From Candidatus Aenigmatarchaeota archaeon (lineage in GTDB: Archaea; Aenigmatarchaeota; Aenigmatarchaeia; GW2011-AR5), in the NCBI GenBank assembly GCA_016198685.1, contig JACQID010000006.1, positions 160,001-224,000 of the forward strand: a stretch of 64,000 bases of DNA, in the 5' to 3' direction. The translations under genes were made by a program, and so were the position numbers. Positions 54,693-64,000 of the stretch are shown in pieces. The notes below the pieces were generated by a model, which was not told the origin of the DNA, made no database searches, and was given only the letters and a program-made list of their open reading frames with translations. Numbering within the stretch: the first letter of the stretch is position 1; every line of letters begins with the position of its first letter.

Positions 54693-56339
54693 CTTTTCTA
54701 TCGACTGCATCTCGAAAAGTTTCTTCACGCGCTTTATGTTGTCGGCATCTGCCGGTCCCTTGTCATAGCGTATGCGTTTGAGGCGCGGGAAACGCAATGC
54801 CATGCCGCTGCCATAAGTTGGCGATTTCTGTATTTCTTCATACGCGACTTCCACGACTATTTCAGGGCTGACTTCTGCAATTCGGTCCTGCTCCCGGATC
54901 ACCGCTTTCTTCAGCATCTGCGTCAGTTTTTCCAATTCTTCTTCTGTAGTGCCTGATGCCATCTTGCCTATTTCAACTAATTTTTCTTTCTTCTCATCCC
55001 ATACAGAAAGAAGGAATGAGCCGTACCATGCAGAACGCTTGCCCTCGCCAACTATGGCTTTTGTGATAATGCAGTCAAGGGTTTCCATAATTTCCTTGAC
55101 CTTAAGCCAGTATCCGACTCTCTTTCCCGGCTGGTAAGGAGCTTCAATGTTCTTCACCATGACGCCCTCCTGCCCGGCAGACAGTGCCTTCTGGTAAAAA
55201 GCATTCGCTTCCTCGTAATCAGTAGTTTCCAGATGCTCGGCAAAGCCGAACCCGGCGAGAGGTTTCACTGTTTCCTTGAGCTTCATCCACCGTTCCTTTA
55301 ATGGCGATCGCATGAGGTTCTCGCCATCGAGATAAATGATATCGAACATCCTTACATGAACAGGAATTTCTCTGACCATTTCGTCTATCGAATGCTTCCT
55401 TTGTATTCTTCGTGAAAGCATCTGAAACGGAAGCGGATTGCCTTCTTTGCTTATGGCAACGACCTCTCCCTCTGCTATAGACTGTTTTGCACGCATGGAC
55501 TCACGTGCACGTGCAACGATTTCAGGGAACTGGCGTGAAACTTCCTCAAGATTACGGGAAAATATTTTCACATCAGAATTTTTCTTGTGTATTTGAATGC
55601 GAAATCCGTCGTATTTGGTTTCAACTGCAGAACTTTCAAATTTCTCAAGGGCCGTCTTGAGATCTGCAGCCCTTTCGGCAAGCATCATGCGGACAGGAAC
55701 GAAAACTTCCATCTTTGCGGTCTTTCCCTCGGCTGCCATAGCTGCGACCCTGCCAAAATCGCCGGTGACGTCGAAAAGGTGCTCAACTTCTTTAGGATCG
55801 CGTGAGAATGCCTTGGCTATGGCATCTCTTACTGTTCCCGCAGCAACGCCTACGCGCATCTCCCCAAGCACAGTCCTTACTATGTATCTAGCCTCTTTCG
55901 GGGATGCAGCGGACAGAAGTTCGGAAATCAAAGCTATCTTCTTTTCACGCGATCCCTTGCCCTGCATGCCGGGAAGTTTCTTGATATTCTCGACTACTTT
56001 TCGGGCAGTAAGATTTCTATGGCCAAGAGTATTCTGTTTTCTGCTTTTCATGAGTTGTTCTGAAGTAAGGCCGAGATCGCCGGTTTCCCTGAAGACTGCA
56101 TCAAGCTCCTTTTCGGATGCGCCTGTCACATTAATGATTATCTTTTTCATGAGTTCCGATGCGACACCAAGGTTTTCCTGGCCTGAAGGGAATACCTGGC
56201 CTAAAGAAAGCAACACTGTATCATATAGTTCATCTTTCGTCGTCTTGGAATAGAATTCGCTTAATATATCACGTTTCTGCAGTTTCTTCGTTGTGGACTC
56301 AAGCTTCCCGTAGGAATCTGCGAGATCTGAATAATCCAT
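54663..56339 (-). CDS. lig: ATP-dependent DNA ligase
   Basis: ETKYDGFRIQ, EGVMVK, WLKVK and LRFPR motifs. Confidence 0.97.
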   Translation of the reverse strand: MDYSDLADSYGKLESTTKKLQKRDILSEFYSKTTKDELYDTVLLSLGQVFPSGQENLGVASELMKKIIINVTGASEKELDAVFRETGDLGLTSEQLMKSRKQNTLGHRNLTARKVVENIKKLPGMQGKGSREKKIALISELLSAASPKEARYIVRTVLGEMRVGVAAGTVRDAIAKAFSRDPKEVEHLFDVTGDFGRVAAMAAEGKTAKMEVFVPVRMMLAERAADLKTALEKFESSAVETKYDGFRIQIHKKNSDVKIFSRNLEEVSRQFPEIVARARESMRAKQSIAEGEVVAISKEGNPLPFQMLSRRIQRKHSIDEMVREIPVHVRMFDIIYLDGENLMRSPLKERWMKLKETVKPLAGFGFAEHLETTDYEEANAFYQKALSAGQEGVMVKNIEAPYQPGKRVGYWLKVKEIMETLDCIITKAIVGEGKRSAWYGSFLLSVWDEKKEKLVEIGKMASGTTEEELEKLTQMLKKAVIREQDRIAEVSPEIVVEVAYEEIQKSPTYGSGMALRFPRLKRIRYDKGPADADNIKRVKKLFEMQSIEKSKQGDAEPV

Positions 56340-56688
56340 GCTAAAATAAGGCGGCAGCGCCTTAAATGCTTCAACCTTGAGGAATATACTCTTGACATCC
56401 TCTGCGGCGGCTTATTCTTACTATGTGCGGATTGGACGACACGTGAGTCAGATATATGGATGTAATTTACATATTTTGCATCGCGTCTTTCAAGGCCGTC
56501 AGAATAAAATTCTTTCTCTTCGTCTTGGGCTTCCATTATTTGAGCTTGAGGGAGTTATATTTTCAGGGGCTTAGCGTGCTGTTCGTTCCCAAAACATAGA
56601 CTACTATCTATAATTAAGGGCAATCATGCATAAAAACGGGCTCAAACAACCTTTATAAAAATTGCTGTCAATAGAGGAAGGTGCTAAT

Positions 56689-57318
56689 ATGGCCGTAAAG
56701 AAACAATGGTATGATATAGTAACTCCTAAGGCATTCGGAGAAGTAGTGGTAGGGGAAACGCTTGCTGCCGACCCGAAATTTCTGCTTGGAAGGACGCTTA
56801 ATGTAAGCTTTGCAGAGCTTTCCAATGACTTTGGAAAATATTACATAAAAGCCATCTTTCAGATAGAGGCTACAGAAGGACAGAAAGCGAAAACGAAATT
56901 CATAGGCCACGAATGCATGAGAGAACGCCTGTATAGGATGGTGCAGCGCGGGTCCAAGAAAGTTGAAGCTATTCAGGATGTTGAAACTAAGGACGGCATG
57001 CCCATAAGAGTCAAAAGCATAATCATACTGAGAAGCAACGCAGGCACTTCTGTCAAGAATGCAGCAAGAAACGCGATGAAGGAAACTGTGATTGCAGTTG
57101 CGAAAGAAACGGAAGCGGAAAAATTCATAGGCATGATGCTTGCCGGCGAATTACAGGCTAAATTAAGACAGGAATGTAAGAAAATCACGCCTGTGATTAA
57201 CGTTGAAATAAGGAAAAGCGAAGTTCTCGGCCAGAGAAAGATAATAGAAGGCGAAGAGCACAAGGCTCTTCTTGTCGCCCAGGCCAAGGAGCAAGCTGAA
57301 CAGGCCGAAGCTCAGTAA
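56689..57318 (+). CDS. rps3ae: 30S ribosomal protein S3Ae (eS1)
   Basis: KKQWYDIVTPKAFG...VGET...LGRT and KKITPVINVEIRKSEV. Confidence 0.93.
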   Translation: MAVKKQWYDIVTPKAFGEVVVGETLAADPKFLLGRTLNVSFAELSNDFGKYYIKAIFQIEATEGQKAKTKFIGHECMRERLYRMVQRGSKKVEAIQDVETKDGMPIRVKSIIILRSNAGTSVKNAARNAMKETVIAVAKETEAEKFIGMMLAGELQAKLRQECKKITPVINVEIRKSEVLGQRKIIEGEEHKALLVAQAKEQAEQAEAQ

Positions 57319-57713
57319 GGCGTATCGTAATTTTTAAAATATCTGCTGCAAAACTGCCTCAAGTTCTTGGCGAGCTTATGTTCGCCAAGCATATTTATGG
57401 GCAGCCATATCATTTCGCCAAAGATCTCCGGCTCCATGATATCGGGTTCGCCCTCTATTATCTTTGCTAGGAAAATATGGCCTCTTAATTCCTTGTCCTG
57501 ATAACTTACATCATCATAGCCGCCGTATTGCAATATCTGTACGGTGCATCCGATTTCTTCCTTGGCTTCGCGTACGGCTGCCTGTTCAGCGGTTTCTCCC
57601 GGTTCAATCTTGCCGCCCGGAAGCTCATAGTGAGAATGCTTTTTCTTCCAAAGCAATAGAAGCTTGCCGTCTTTGATTATGGCGCAGCCTGCTATTTCTA
57701 TCATGCAAAACAA
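57312..57713 (-). CDS. NUDIX hydrolase (MutT-like)
   Basis: PGGKIEPGETAEQAAVREAKEEIG Nudix box. Confidence 0.92.
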   Translation of the reverse strand: MFCMIEIAGCAIIKDGKLLLLWKKKHSHYELPGGKIEPGETAEQAAVREAKEEIGCTVQILQYGGYDDVSYQDKELRGHIFLAKIIEGEPDIMEPEIFGEMIWLPINMLGEHKLAKNLRQFCSRYFKNYDTPY

Positions 57714-57734
57714 TGGCCGCGAGGGTTAAAAGAA

Positions 57735-57941
57735 TTATCGTTGTTCAACGTTGGCGGCTGAAGATATCCACAAGACACCTGCAGAGAGGAACATTACAAG
57801 CGCGAGGATTAGGGCTACGCCAAAGCTTACCGGGGTAGTTCCTTCAACCCATTCTATATTGCCGGCTATTAATGCGCCGATCATCATGGCAAAAGAACCA
57901 AGTATCCATAGGCCGTGTACATGGAAGTCAAACCCCGTCAT
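57735..57941 (-). CDS. Small two-TM membrane protein
   Basis: Two hydrophobic helices; overlaps the upstream stop. Confidence 0.65.
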   Translation of the reverse strand: MTGFDFHVHGLWILGSFAMMIGALIAGNIEWVEGTTPVSFGVALILALVMFLSAGVLWISSAANVEQR

Positions 57942-59125
57942 TTCTTGCCCCTCTTCTTGTCGGCAACTACAGTCGACATATCCTTCACGAATCTTCGGAC
58001 GTATTCGCGCATGAGTTCTATATCCCTTTGCGGAATCTCGCCTGTGCGGTCCTCGTCAAGCATCTTTCTCATGGACACGACGCGCTTGAGCACTTCATCA
58101 TAGAATTGGTCCAGCCTGCCTGCATCTATAAGATGCGTCTTTATAGCGCCAGGCAGATCCTTCGGGTCGGGAGGAAGCTTGTCTATGTTTTTGAGGCCGG
58201 CGACAGCCGCCTTGATCATTACCTCATAATTGCGCTGCACGAGATCTTTCTTTCTGTTCTTCTGCAGATGCAGAAGCATCTGCTCCATGCGCGAAACGAA
58301 GTTCTTGGATTTTTGTATGAAGTCGTCAAGCTGCACGCCTGTGATGTCCTTTATCTCCTTGTGTTCGACGCGCTTGCGGAAGTCTATGACGCTTTCCAGA
58401 TCCCTCAGGTAATTTTCTTCCAACAGCTTCGCGTCAACTAAATGCTCCTTGACGCTATCGGTTGTATGCTTGGGCGATGGAGGATTGAGACCCATATACA
58501 TAAGCACGGCTTGGGATGAATTGAGCATGGCATAATAAACGTCTTCTGCGACCATGTAGAGCTTTGCCGTTTCCACGCGCGTGATCTTCTGGGGAGCGGA
58601 TTCCATGAATTTTTCAACCGCCTCCAGTGTTGTGGGTATTTTCCCGTATTCCAGGAGCTTTCTTACAGGTATCCAGAAGCCTGTATCATACAGTGCCCAG
58701 CCGTCCCTGACTATTGTATAAAGTAATGGATGCCCGATCCTTGCCATATCCCAGAATTCCGTTAACGTCCAAGCTGGTTGAACCACTATATCTTCGGAAA
58801 GTTTCTTGCCCATGGAATAAAGATCGTCATCAAATCTCGCCTTCATCTCAGGCGTGAATCTTGATAGAGTATCGTCTATTATAACAAGCATGTCTATATC
58901 GCTTTTCTTGTGAAAGTCCGTTCTTGTGAACGATCCAAAGAGCACTACTGCCTTCACGATATCCTTGTATTTTTTGAGGATTTCGTCCTTGTATTTATTT
59001 GCTATAGCAAGTTGTTTTTTCCTGAATTCTTCAAGCGGTTTGTTCTCTATAGATGCTGGCTGCTCTCCGTTTTGGACAGGCGTCTTGACCTTCTTCGTTT
59101 TCTTGACTGCTTTCTTGGTAGGCAT
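57938..59125 (-). CDS. Minimal nucleotidyltransferase-HEPN fusion protein
   Basis: VLFGSFTR...SDIDMLVIIDD (MNT); HEPN-like helices with RKRVEH (R-x4-H); start set at MPTKK. Confidence 0.85.
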   Translation of the reverse strand: MPTKKAVKKTKKVKTPVQNGEQPASIENKPLEEFRKKQLAIANKYKDEILKKYKDIVKAVVLFGSFTRTDFHKKSDIDMLVIIDDTLSRFTPEMKARFDDDLYSMGKKLSEDIVVQPAWTLTEFWDMARIGHPLLYTIVRDGWALYDTGFWIPVRKLLEYGKIPTTLEAVEKFMESAPQKITRVETAKLYMVAEDVYYAMLNSSQAVLMYMGLNPPSPKHTTDSVKEHLVDAKLLEENYLRDLESVIDFRKRVEHKEIKDITGVQLDDFIQKSKNFVSRMEQMLLHLQKNRKKDLVQRNYEVMIKAAVAGLKNIDKLPPDPKDLPGAIKTHLIDAGRLDQFYDEVLKRVVSMRKMLDEDRTGEIPQRDIELMREYVRRFVKDMSTVVADKKRGKK

Positions 59126-59165
59126 ATTATTACTTGAGAAGGGGTTATAAGAATTTATCGCTTTT

Positions 59166-60896
59166 CTAGCGGTATCTGCCTCTTTCCCATTCTTTGGCTT
59201 TTCCGGCATCAACGGCAGCCTTGCCAAGGAATGTATGCTTCTCTTCAGGTATTTTGAGAAGGCCCTGTAATGGATCCCATGCATGCTCGCGCATGGCAAC
59301 AAGCTGTTGTGCATAGATATCCTTGTTTTCGAGGGATAGGCCGTAGAATTCGGGCGGAAGCGCCTCAGGTCTTGTGTCTGTATCAAGATATTTTACTATC
59401 TGCCTAAGCACGTAAACGCTGTATTCAAATATGTTGCTCATTTGCTGGTTGCCCGGTGATCTTCCGCTGCCACGTTCAAATATAATATAGCCGTCTTTGA
59501 AGCCTTTCTGCCTGAACCAGTATATCCATTTATATAGCGTGTCCGCGCCGCGGTCAGCGAGGGCTATAGGAATATGTGCCGTCCCGAAGTACGGTATAGG
59601 ATCGCCCAAGTGGAGTAGGAAGACTTGCGATCCGAAATCGTTGGGTAAGGTAGGAAGTTCAATGTTAAGGTCTATGTTCTGGCCCATCTCCTGCTCGAAG
59701 TCTATGCACTGCATGACTGCCGAGGAGCCTATTTTTTTGAGAAGATGATAGGCATGCAATGGATGATAAAGCCGCGCTATGCCTTCTGTTCCCTGTCCGG
59801 ATTGCGGGCATTCAAGAAGAAGCTTGACATTGTTTTTTTCGCAGAATTCCACGACGCTCATGCCACCCATGTGTTCCCTGTTATAATCCACTCTGCCAGG
59901 GCTTTTTCTGGTGGTAAAATGAGAATACAAGTAAAATGCAGCTACTGCCGCGTTGAATTCTCTCTGTTTCTCTATATATGCGCGGTTGGCGTCTTCTGAA
60001 TTATTGGAATAAGGTTCGCCTACTATCTTCACCCATATGGGATCCTTATTCGCTATCATGTATACGGCAGTGGCAAGATAGGCATCTATTTCTCCGGCCT
60101 CTATCTGATATTTTTCTATTTCGCCCTCTTTCCAGATGTCAAAGAGTCTTTCTTCTCTCATTCTTCTGAGAGTGGAATTTTCGATGTCGTCCCTTTGGGC
60201 GTTTAGAGAGTTTCTTACGTCATGCTCCAATTGCTCATCGCTGAGATCCTTGTACCTTTCGTCTTTTCGGAGCGCTTCTCTCGTGGCTTCTTCGGTCTTT
60301 TTTGCTTCTTCCTGGAAAATTTTGGCGACTTCAGTGCGGTATCTGGGCGTCTGTCTCAGCTCCTGCTCCACACGGCCCCCTACAAGATGCCTCTTAAGCC
60401 AGTCTTTGAGCACTTCAGCGCCTTTATCGCCTTGAGCAATCCGTTCATCGACCCATTCGCCAAATGGTTGTCCTGTAGGAGCTACAACCTGATATGTGTA
60501 ACCGAAAGGTCTTAGCTCGCGCTCATGAAACGACATCCATGTCGTGTTTGAGAGATGGAAGTTGACGTAGATGAATTTCAGGTTAGACGCGCCCTTCATG
60601 GTTATGCAAAGCCTTTCGTGGCTCTGGTCCCATCTTATGCGCTCTGCACTTTCAAACATGGCAACCTCGCCGATCTCGCCATGAAGGCCAAGTTCCATGT
60701 TCAATTTTTCGCGGACGCGATCCACGTAATTCTTTATGTCAGGCTCCAGGAACTCAAGGACTGTATCAAGATCAACCTGGTTGAATTGTATGCCTAGCGT
60801 GGCGCCAAAAGAGCCTGCCTTGCTGCCTAGACCCAAAAGATTCGGATCTTTTCCGATATTCCACCAGCCTGAAGAAATGCCAACTTTGTATGCCAT
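59166..60896 (-). CDS. Xylose-isomerase/AP-endonuclease-like TIM barrel with a large helical insertion
   Basis: LGLHG, VNFH, LLEC, CIDFEQ, LHLGD, HIP and IFERG barrel motifs around a charged coiled insert. Confidence 0.65.
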   Translation of the reverse strand: MAYKVGISSGWWNIGKDPNLLGLGSKAGSFGATLGIQFNQVDLDTVLEFLEPDIKNYVDRVREKLNMELGLHGEIGEVAMFESAERIRWDQSHERLCITMKGASNLKFIYVNFHLSNTTWMSFHERELRPFGYTYQVVAPTGQPFGEWVDERIAQGDKGAEVLKDWLKRHLVGGRVEQELRQTPRYRTEVAKIFQEEAKKTEEATREALRKDERYKDLSDEQLEHDVRNSLNAQRDDIENSTLRRMREERLFDIWKEGEIEKYQIEAGEIDAYLATAVYMIANKDPIWVKIVGEPYSNNSEDANRAYIEKQREFNAAVAAFYLYSHFTTRKSPGRVDYNREHMGGMSVVEFCEKNNVKLLLECPQSGQGTEGIARLYHPLHAYHLLKKIGSSAVMQCIDFEQEMGQNIDLNIELPTLPNDFGSQVFLLHLGDPIPYFGTAHIPIALADRGADTLYKWIYWFRQKGFKDGYIIFERGSGRSPGNQQMSNIFEYSVYVLRQIVKYLDTDTRPEALPPEFYGLSLENKDIYAQQLVAMREHAWDPLQGLLKIPEEKHTFLGKAAVDAGKAKEWERGRYR

Positions 60897-60920
60897 GTTT
60901 TTTACCTATACGTCAAGCGC

Positions 60921-62729
60921 TCAGTGATGCCCGCCGCCCCCGGGTGCAGGAGCCGCCGGTTTTGGCGGAGGAGCGGGAGTCGCCCCGCCTTTGCCGATGC
61001 CTATCTTGTTCTTGAGGAAATTGACTATCGGAGCATATCTTTCTTTTGCCATGCCTCGAAGGTGAATCTTGCCTATCCTTTCATCGAAATCCTTTTCATA
61101 AGGCCTGTTCTTCATGAATTGGAACGCAAACCCTATCTTTGCCAGCGTCTCGCTTATCTTTGCCATGCCCTCATGGAAACCGCCGCCTTCATGATCTTCT
61201 TTTTTATCGTCATGGTCATGCTCATCATGCCCTGAGTCATGGGAATCTCCACTGCTCTTCTGATTCTTTTTTTCTTTTGTCTCTTTCTCTGTTTTTTTGT
61301 TATGTTCAATATCGTGGATCCTATCATGCAATGATTTCTTGAGTCCAAGCAGCTCGTCCACATACCAGTCTAGCTCCTGCTTCATGGCCTCGTATTCAAG
61401 AAGCTTCACAAGCAGCACATTCTGGCTCATGAAGACGCCATAAATAAAAAAATCCGCATCCTCTATTTCATCGCCCGATGCAAGACGCATGTTCATCTTG
61501 TTGATGTCCAATACAAAGAACGAATAATAGAGTTTTCTTGTGGTGATAGATGAAGTTTCGGTAAGTATATGTTTTACTTTTTCATCGACCCAGTCTTTAG
61601 TTATCCACTTGTATTTCACGACAAGCCCGTGATCTTTATGGAATATAAGATTATCCTGCGTCCACTTGTCATAAGGAGTAAAAGTCCCGTCTGCTTGCTC
61701 AACCGCCTGCTCTTCCGAGCCGGCCATACGGGCAAATTCAGTAGCAGTATAAAATCGCCATGCCCATGCCCTTATGTTGTTCACAGCAAGGGCTTGGGAC
61801 GGATTGAAAAGAAAATTTTCGTGCATATGGTGGCTCCCCATCCCCTTGCCCTCAAGGCCTTCTGCCAGGAGCTTGTGCCTCAGTATATTCGGGCCAAGCC
61901 ATTCTCTGTACATATGGACCGTATATTCTCTGCTTCTCACGAGTTCCGTTATTTTCTGATATCGCGATTTGAGCTCTGGTTCAAACAGTTTTTTCCATTC
62001 CTGATATAGACGGTTCTTTGAAGAAAGCACGACTGCTTCAGCTTTAGAGACGTTCAGTTTCTCGGTTATTATGTTGACATCTGTTTCACTGCCCATGCGC
62101 ATGAAATCGGTTATGAGTGTCGGCCATCTGCTTACTATATTGCGCATGGCTATGCTGTCTCCGGTATGTGCGTCTACCTGATCTATAAATACCGCCCTAA
62201 GCGCGTGTTCATCCTTTTTTTCTGCAAATGAGGACCATCGCTTATCTTCGGGCGCGTCTGGATCGTATTTCACGCCAAAATAATCAAGGAATTCCCTGTA
62301 TTTTCTTTCATCGTGCTTCAGAAGCTCAAGATCTGCTATAGATTGCGATATGGATTGCAACCCTGCCTTTATTCTGCCCTCGATTTCCTCTTTCTGGGCA
62401 ATTGTTATATGATAGTACTGGGAGTATGTAGGCGTCACTTCTATTGTCTCGGAAATTTTCTTGACGCCGTTATATTCCCATTTCCTCAACTGCAAAAGAA
62501 GGCTCATCCATATGCCGGATGTCATTCCAGGAGGAGTTGTGGGGTTTATCTTTGTGAACATCTCAAATGGCATGGAGCATACTGCATGGCCAAGATATTT
62601 GCCATGAGGGCCAAAATATTCGGAATCAAACCCTTTGTCGTTTACCCTGGCATTTGGAACCCCTGTTATAGGATTTCTTGTCGTAAACATTTTATCGTCA
62701 AGAATGAAATCCTTAGGTTTTTCAGGCAT
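60921..62729 (-). CDS. Large hypothetical protein with coiled-coil and His/Asp-rich segments
   Basis: 602-aa ORF; DSHDSGHDEHDHDD segment and a Pro/Gly/His C-terminal tail. Confidence 0.75.
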   Translation of the reverse strand: MPEKPKDFILDDKMFTTRNPITGVPNARVNDKGFDSEYFGPHGKYLGHAVCSMPFEMFTKINPTTPPGMTSGIWMSLLLQLRKWEYNGVKKISETIEVTPTYSQYYHITIAQKEEIEGRIKAGLQSISQSIADLELLKHDERKYREFLDYFGVKYDPDAPEDKRWSSFAEKKDEHALRAVFIDQVDAHTGDSIAMRNIVSRWPTLITDFMRMGSETDVNIITEKLNVSKAEAVVLSSKNRLYQEWKKLFEPELKSRYQKITELVRSREYTVHMYREWLGPNILRHKLLAEGLEGKGMGSHHMHENFLFNPSQALAVNNIRAWAWRFYTATEFARMAGSEEQAVEQADGTFTPYDKWTQDNLIFHKDHGLVVKYKWITKDWVDEKVKHILTETSSITTRKLYYSFFVLDINKMNMRLASGDEIEDADFFIYGVFMSQNVLLVKLLEYEAMKQELDWYVDELLGLKKSLHDRIHDIEHNKKTEKETKEKKNQKSSGDSHDSGHDEHDHDDKKEDHEGGGFHEGMAKISETLAKIGFAFQFMKNRPYEKDFDERIGKIHLRGMAKERYAPIVNFLKNKIGIGKGGATPAPPPKPAAPAPGGGGHH

Positions 62730-62762
62730 TATTATACTTATCTTGGTCGTGCTATAAATGGT

Positions 62763-63182
62763 TTATGTAAGAAGCAGCCAGATACCGAGTATGCTAAGCA
62801 CGATGCCTATGAATATTCCGGCCTTGCTCATGCCTTCTTTCTGATAATCAAGTATATCCGGGAAACCTATTACAAGAAACACTCCGATGCCTGCAAGGAA
62901 AAGCGCAAAGAGCTTTTTCAGAACAAAGCCTAGCGTAAGTTTAGAGACATATATCCAGCCGCCGCCAAATATCGACAAGACACCTACTATCAGGACTATC
63001 ATAAGGTGCGTATCTTTAAGGACGCTGCCTCGCTGTTCTATGGAGAAATATATGGAAAGGATGCCAAAAGCTATGAGAACAGCTCCTATGACGTATTCTA
63101 CGACCATGTCATGACCTCTAACGCATAAATAGCGCCATAATTTTATATACCGCGTACTATAATAATAGATAGGTTTTAGCAT
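62763..63182 (-). CDS. Multi-pass membrane protein
   Basis: Four hydrophobic helices; start probably MVVEY. Confidence 0.75.
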   Translation of the reverse strand: MLKPIYYYSTRYIKLWRYLCVRGHDMVVEYVIGAVLIAFGILSIYFSIEQRGSVLKDTHLMIVLIVGVLSIFGGGWIYVSKLTLGFVLKKLFALFLAGIGVFLVIGFPDILDYQKEGMSKAGIFIGIVLSILGIWLLLT

Positions 63183-63702
63183 GGTTTGGGCAAGGACAAG
63201 GTTGCTGATTTGGGACTACATATTCGAGCCAGTAAAGAGAATAAAAGTAAATTACGTCGGCCCCCATCCGGACAAATTCTACAAGGAGGTCAATAAGCTC
63301 ATAAGGACAGTTTTCAACGTCCCTGACGCCTATGTGCAGGAGAAAGAATATACGTGGGAAAAGGGCGAAGAAGCCGAGAAATTCGACATAGACTGGGAAG
63401 TCAACAAGATGCTGGATACTTTCAGCTACATAACGGTTGAAATATCCCTGAGAGGCTTTGTCTCCCATGACCACGGCAAGGCATCAATAGTGCTAAGACC
63501 GAGACTAATAACAGAATACCCTCAAGACACGGTCTGGCAGAACAGCATAGTATACGAAATGCTCAGGCGCGTATGGCACAAGTTTTTCTATCACCAGAGA
63601 AGAATGGAATACCTTGCGATGGGCAAGGAAATGGTAGTGACTTTTGAGAACAGCGTCAAGGCCTATGGAGAGCAGCTTAGGGAGAGCAAGGTGGAAGAGT
63701 GA
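63181..63702 (+). CDS. Hypothetical protein
   Basis: 173-aa ORF, divergent from the preceding cluster. Confidence 0.75.
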   Translation: MVWARTRLLIWDYIFEPVKRIKVNYVGPHPDKFYKEVNKLIRTVFNVPDAYVQEKEYTWEKGEEAEKFDIDWEVNKMLDTFSYITVEISLRGFVSHDHGKASIVLRPRLITEYPQDTVWQNSIVYEMLRRVWHKFFYHQRRMEYLAMGKEMVVTFENSVKAYGEQLRESKVEE

Positions 63703-64000
63703 GCCCAACGGTACAGGTTGAGGATGATATACTTCAGCCATCCGATTCCATGAAGATAGATTTCAAGGGAAAGCATCCTTTTGCCGCATGCGAGAAATTT
63801 CCGGAATATTTGAGGGATATAATGAAGGTATCCCGGAAAGATATAGTTGAAACTGACCTGCGATGGGATATCACTTCCGATCCGCGCACGTTTTACGGCT
63901 GGTGGGCAGGGTCGAGGAAAGAGGACAGGTGGACAAGGACTACCATAAGAATAATTGCACAAGGGGAGCAGGGCACGAATTTCAAGGGCTCCATAAAAAT
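63699..64000 (+). CDS. Hypothetical protein, 3'-partial; possibly a distant paralogue of the upstream gene
   Basis: The GTG start overlaps the upstream TGA; the frame is open to the window end (SPTVQVEDDILQPSDSMKIDFKGKHPF...). Confidence 0.7.
   Translation, partial: MSPTVQVEDDILQPSDSMKIDFKGKHPFAACEKFPEYLRDIMKVSRKDIVETDLRWDITSDPRTFYGWWAGSRKEDRWTRTTIRIIAQGEQGTNFKGSIK

Noticed and set aside
56261-56600. ORFs between lig and rps3ae (56261-56536 minus, 56377-56574 plus)
   Set aside because: No recognisable motifs, they overlap lig, and no tRNA or ncRNA fold was evident. The region is left unannotated.
58910-59386. Long N-terminal extensions in the ORF track for the MNT-HEPN gene (and for the SRPBCC, pilin and solenoid-protein genes)
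   Set aside because: The extensions overlap neighbouring genes or lack SD/domain support; downstream starts were used.

Overview
This is a chromosomal segment of an archaeon, most likely a DPANN lineage (Aenigmarchaeota/Woesearchaeota-like). The taxon is inferred from a divergent 16S/23S, TFB, an HMf-type histone, eS1, Sec61beta and PolB; no database search was possible. Housekeeping content: the 3' part of cdc48, map, a pyrF-E-D-C cluster, polB-lhr-metallophosphoesterase, bacterial-type metK, a pilin, a degenerate 2-oxoacid:ferredoxin oxidoreductase gamma-delta-alpha-beta operon, nfo, glmU-glmS, ATP-dependent DNA ligase, an MNT-HEPN fusion and RNase P RNA. There are five tRNAs (Ser-GCT, Val-TAC, Glu-TTC, Leu-GAG, Ala-TGC), a 16S and a 23S rRNA; no 5S was found. 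The main signal is RNA-level: 11 bulge-helix-bulge (BHB) introns were mapped by hand (6 in tRNAs, 5 of them at non-canonical positions; 3 in 16S; 2 in 23S). The two longest rRNA introns (186 and 267 nt) share ordered sequence motifs, and each carries a 58-60 codon ORF that closes just after crossing the predicted circularisation junction. Other observations: two 36-37 bp inserts flanked by 31-37 bp direct repeats at gene ends, a secreted protein with 13 exact 20-aa beta-solenoid-like repeats in a DUF5667 surface module with a phased operator, a bacterial ECF-sigma-like gene beside TFB, a strongly divergent peptidyl-transferase centre and A-loop, protein genes inside the 16S-tRNA-Ala-23S spacer, and several apparent pseudo-enzymes.
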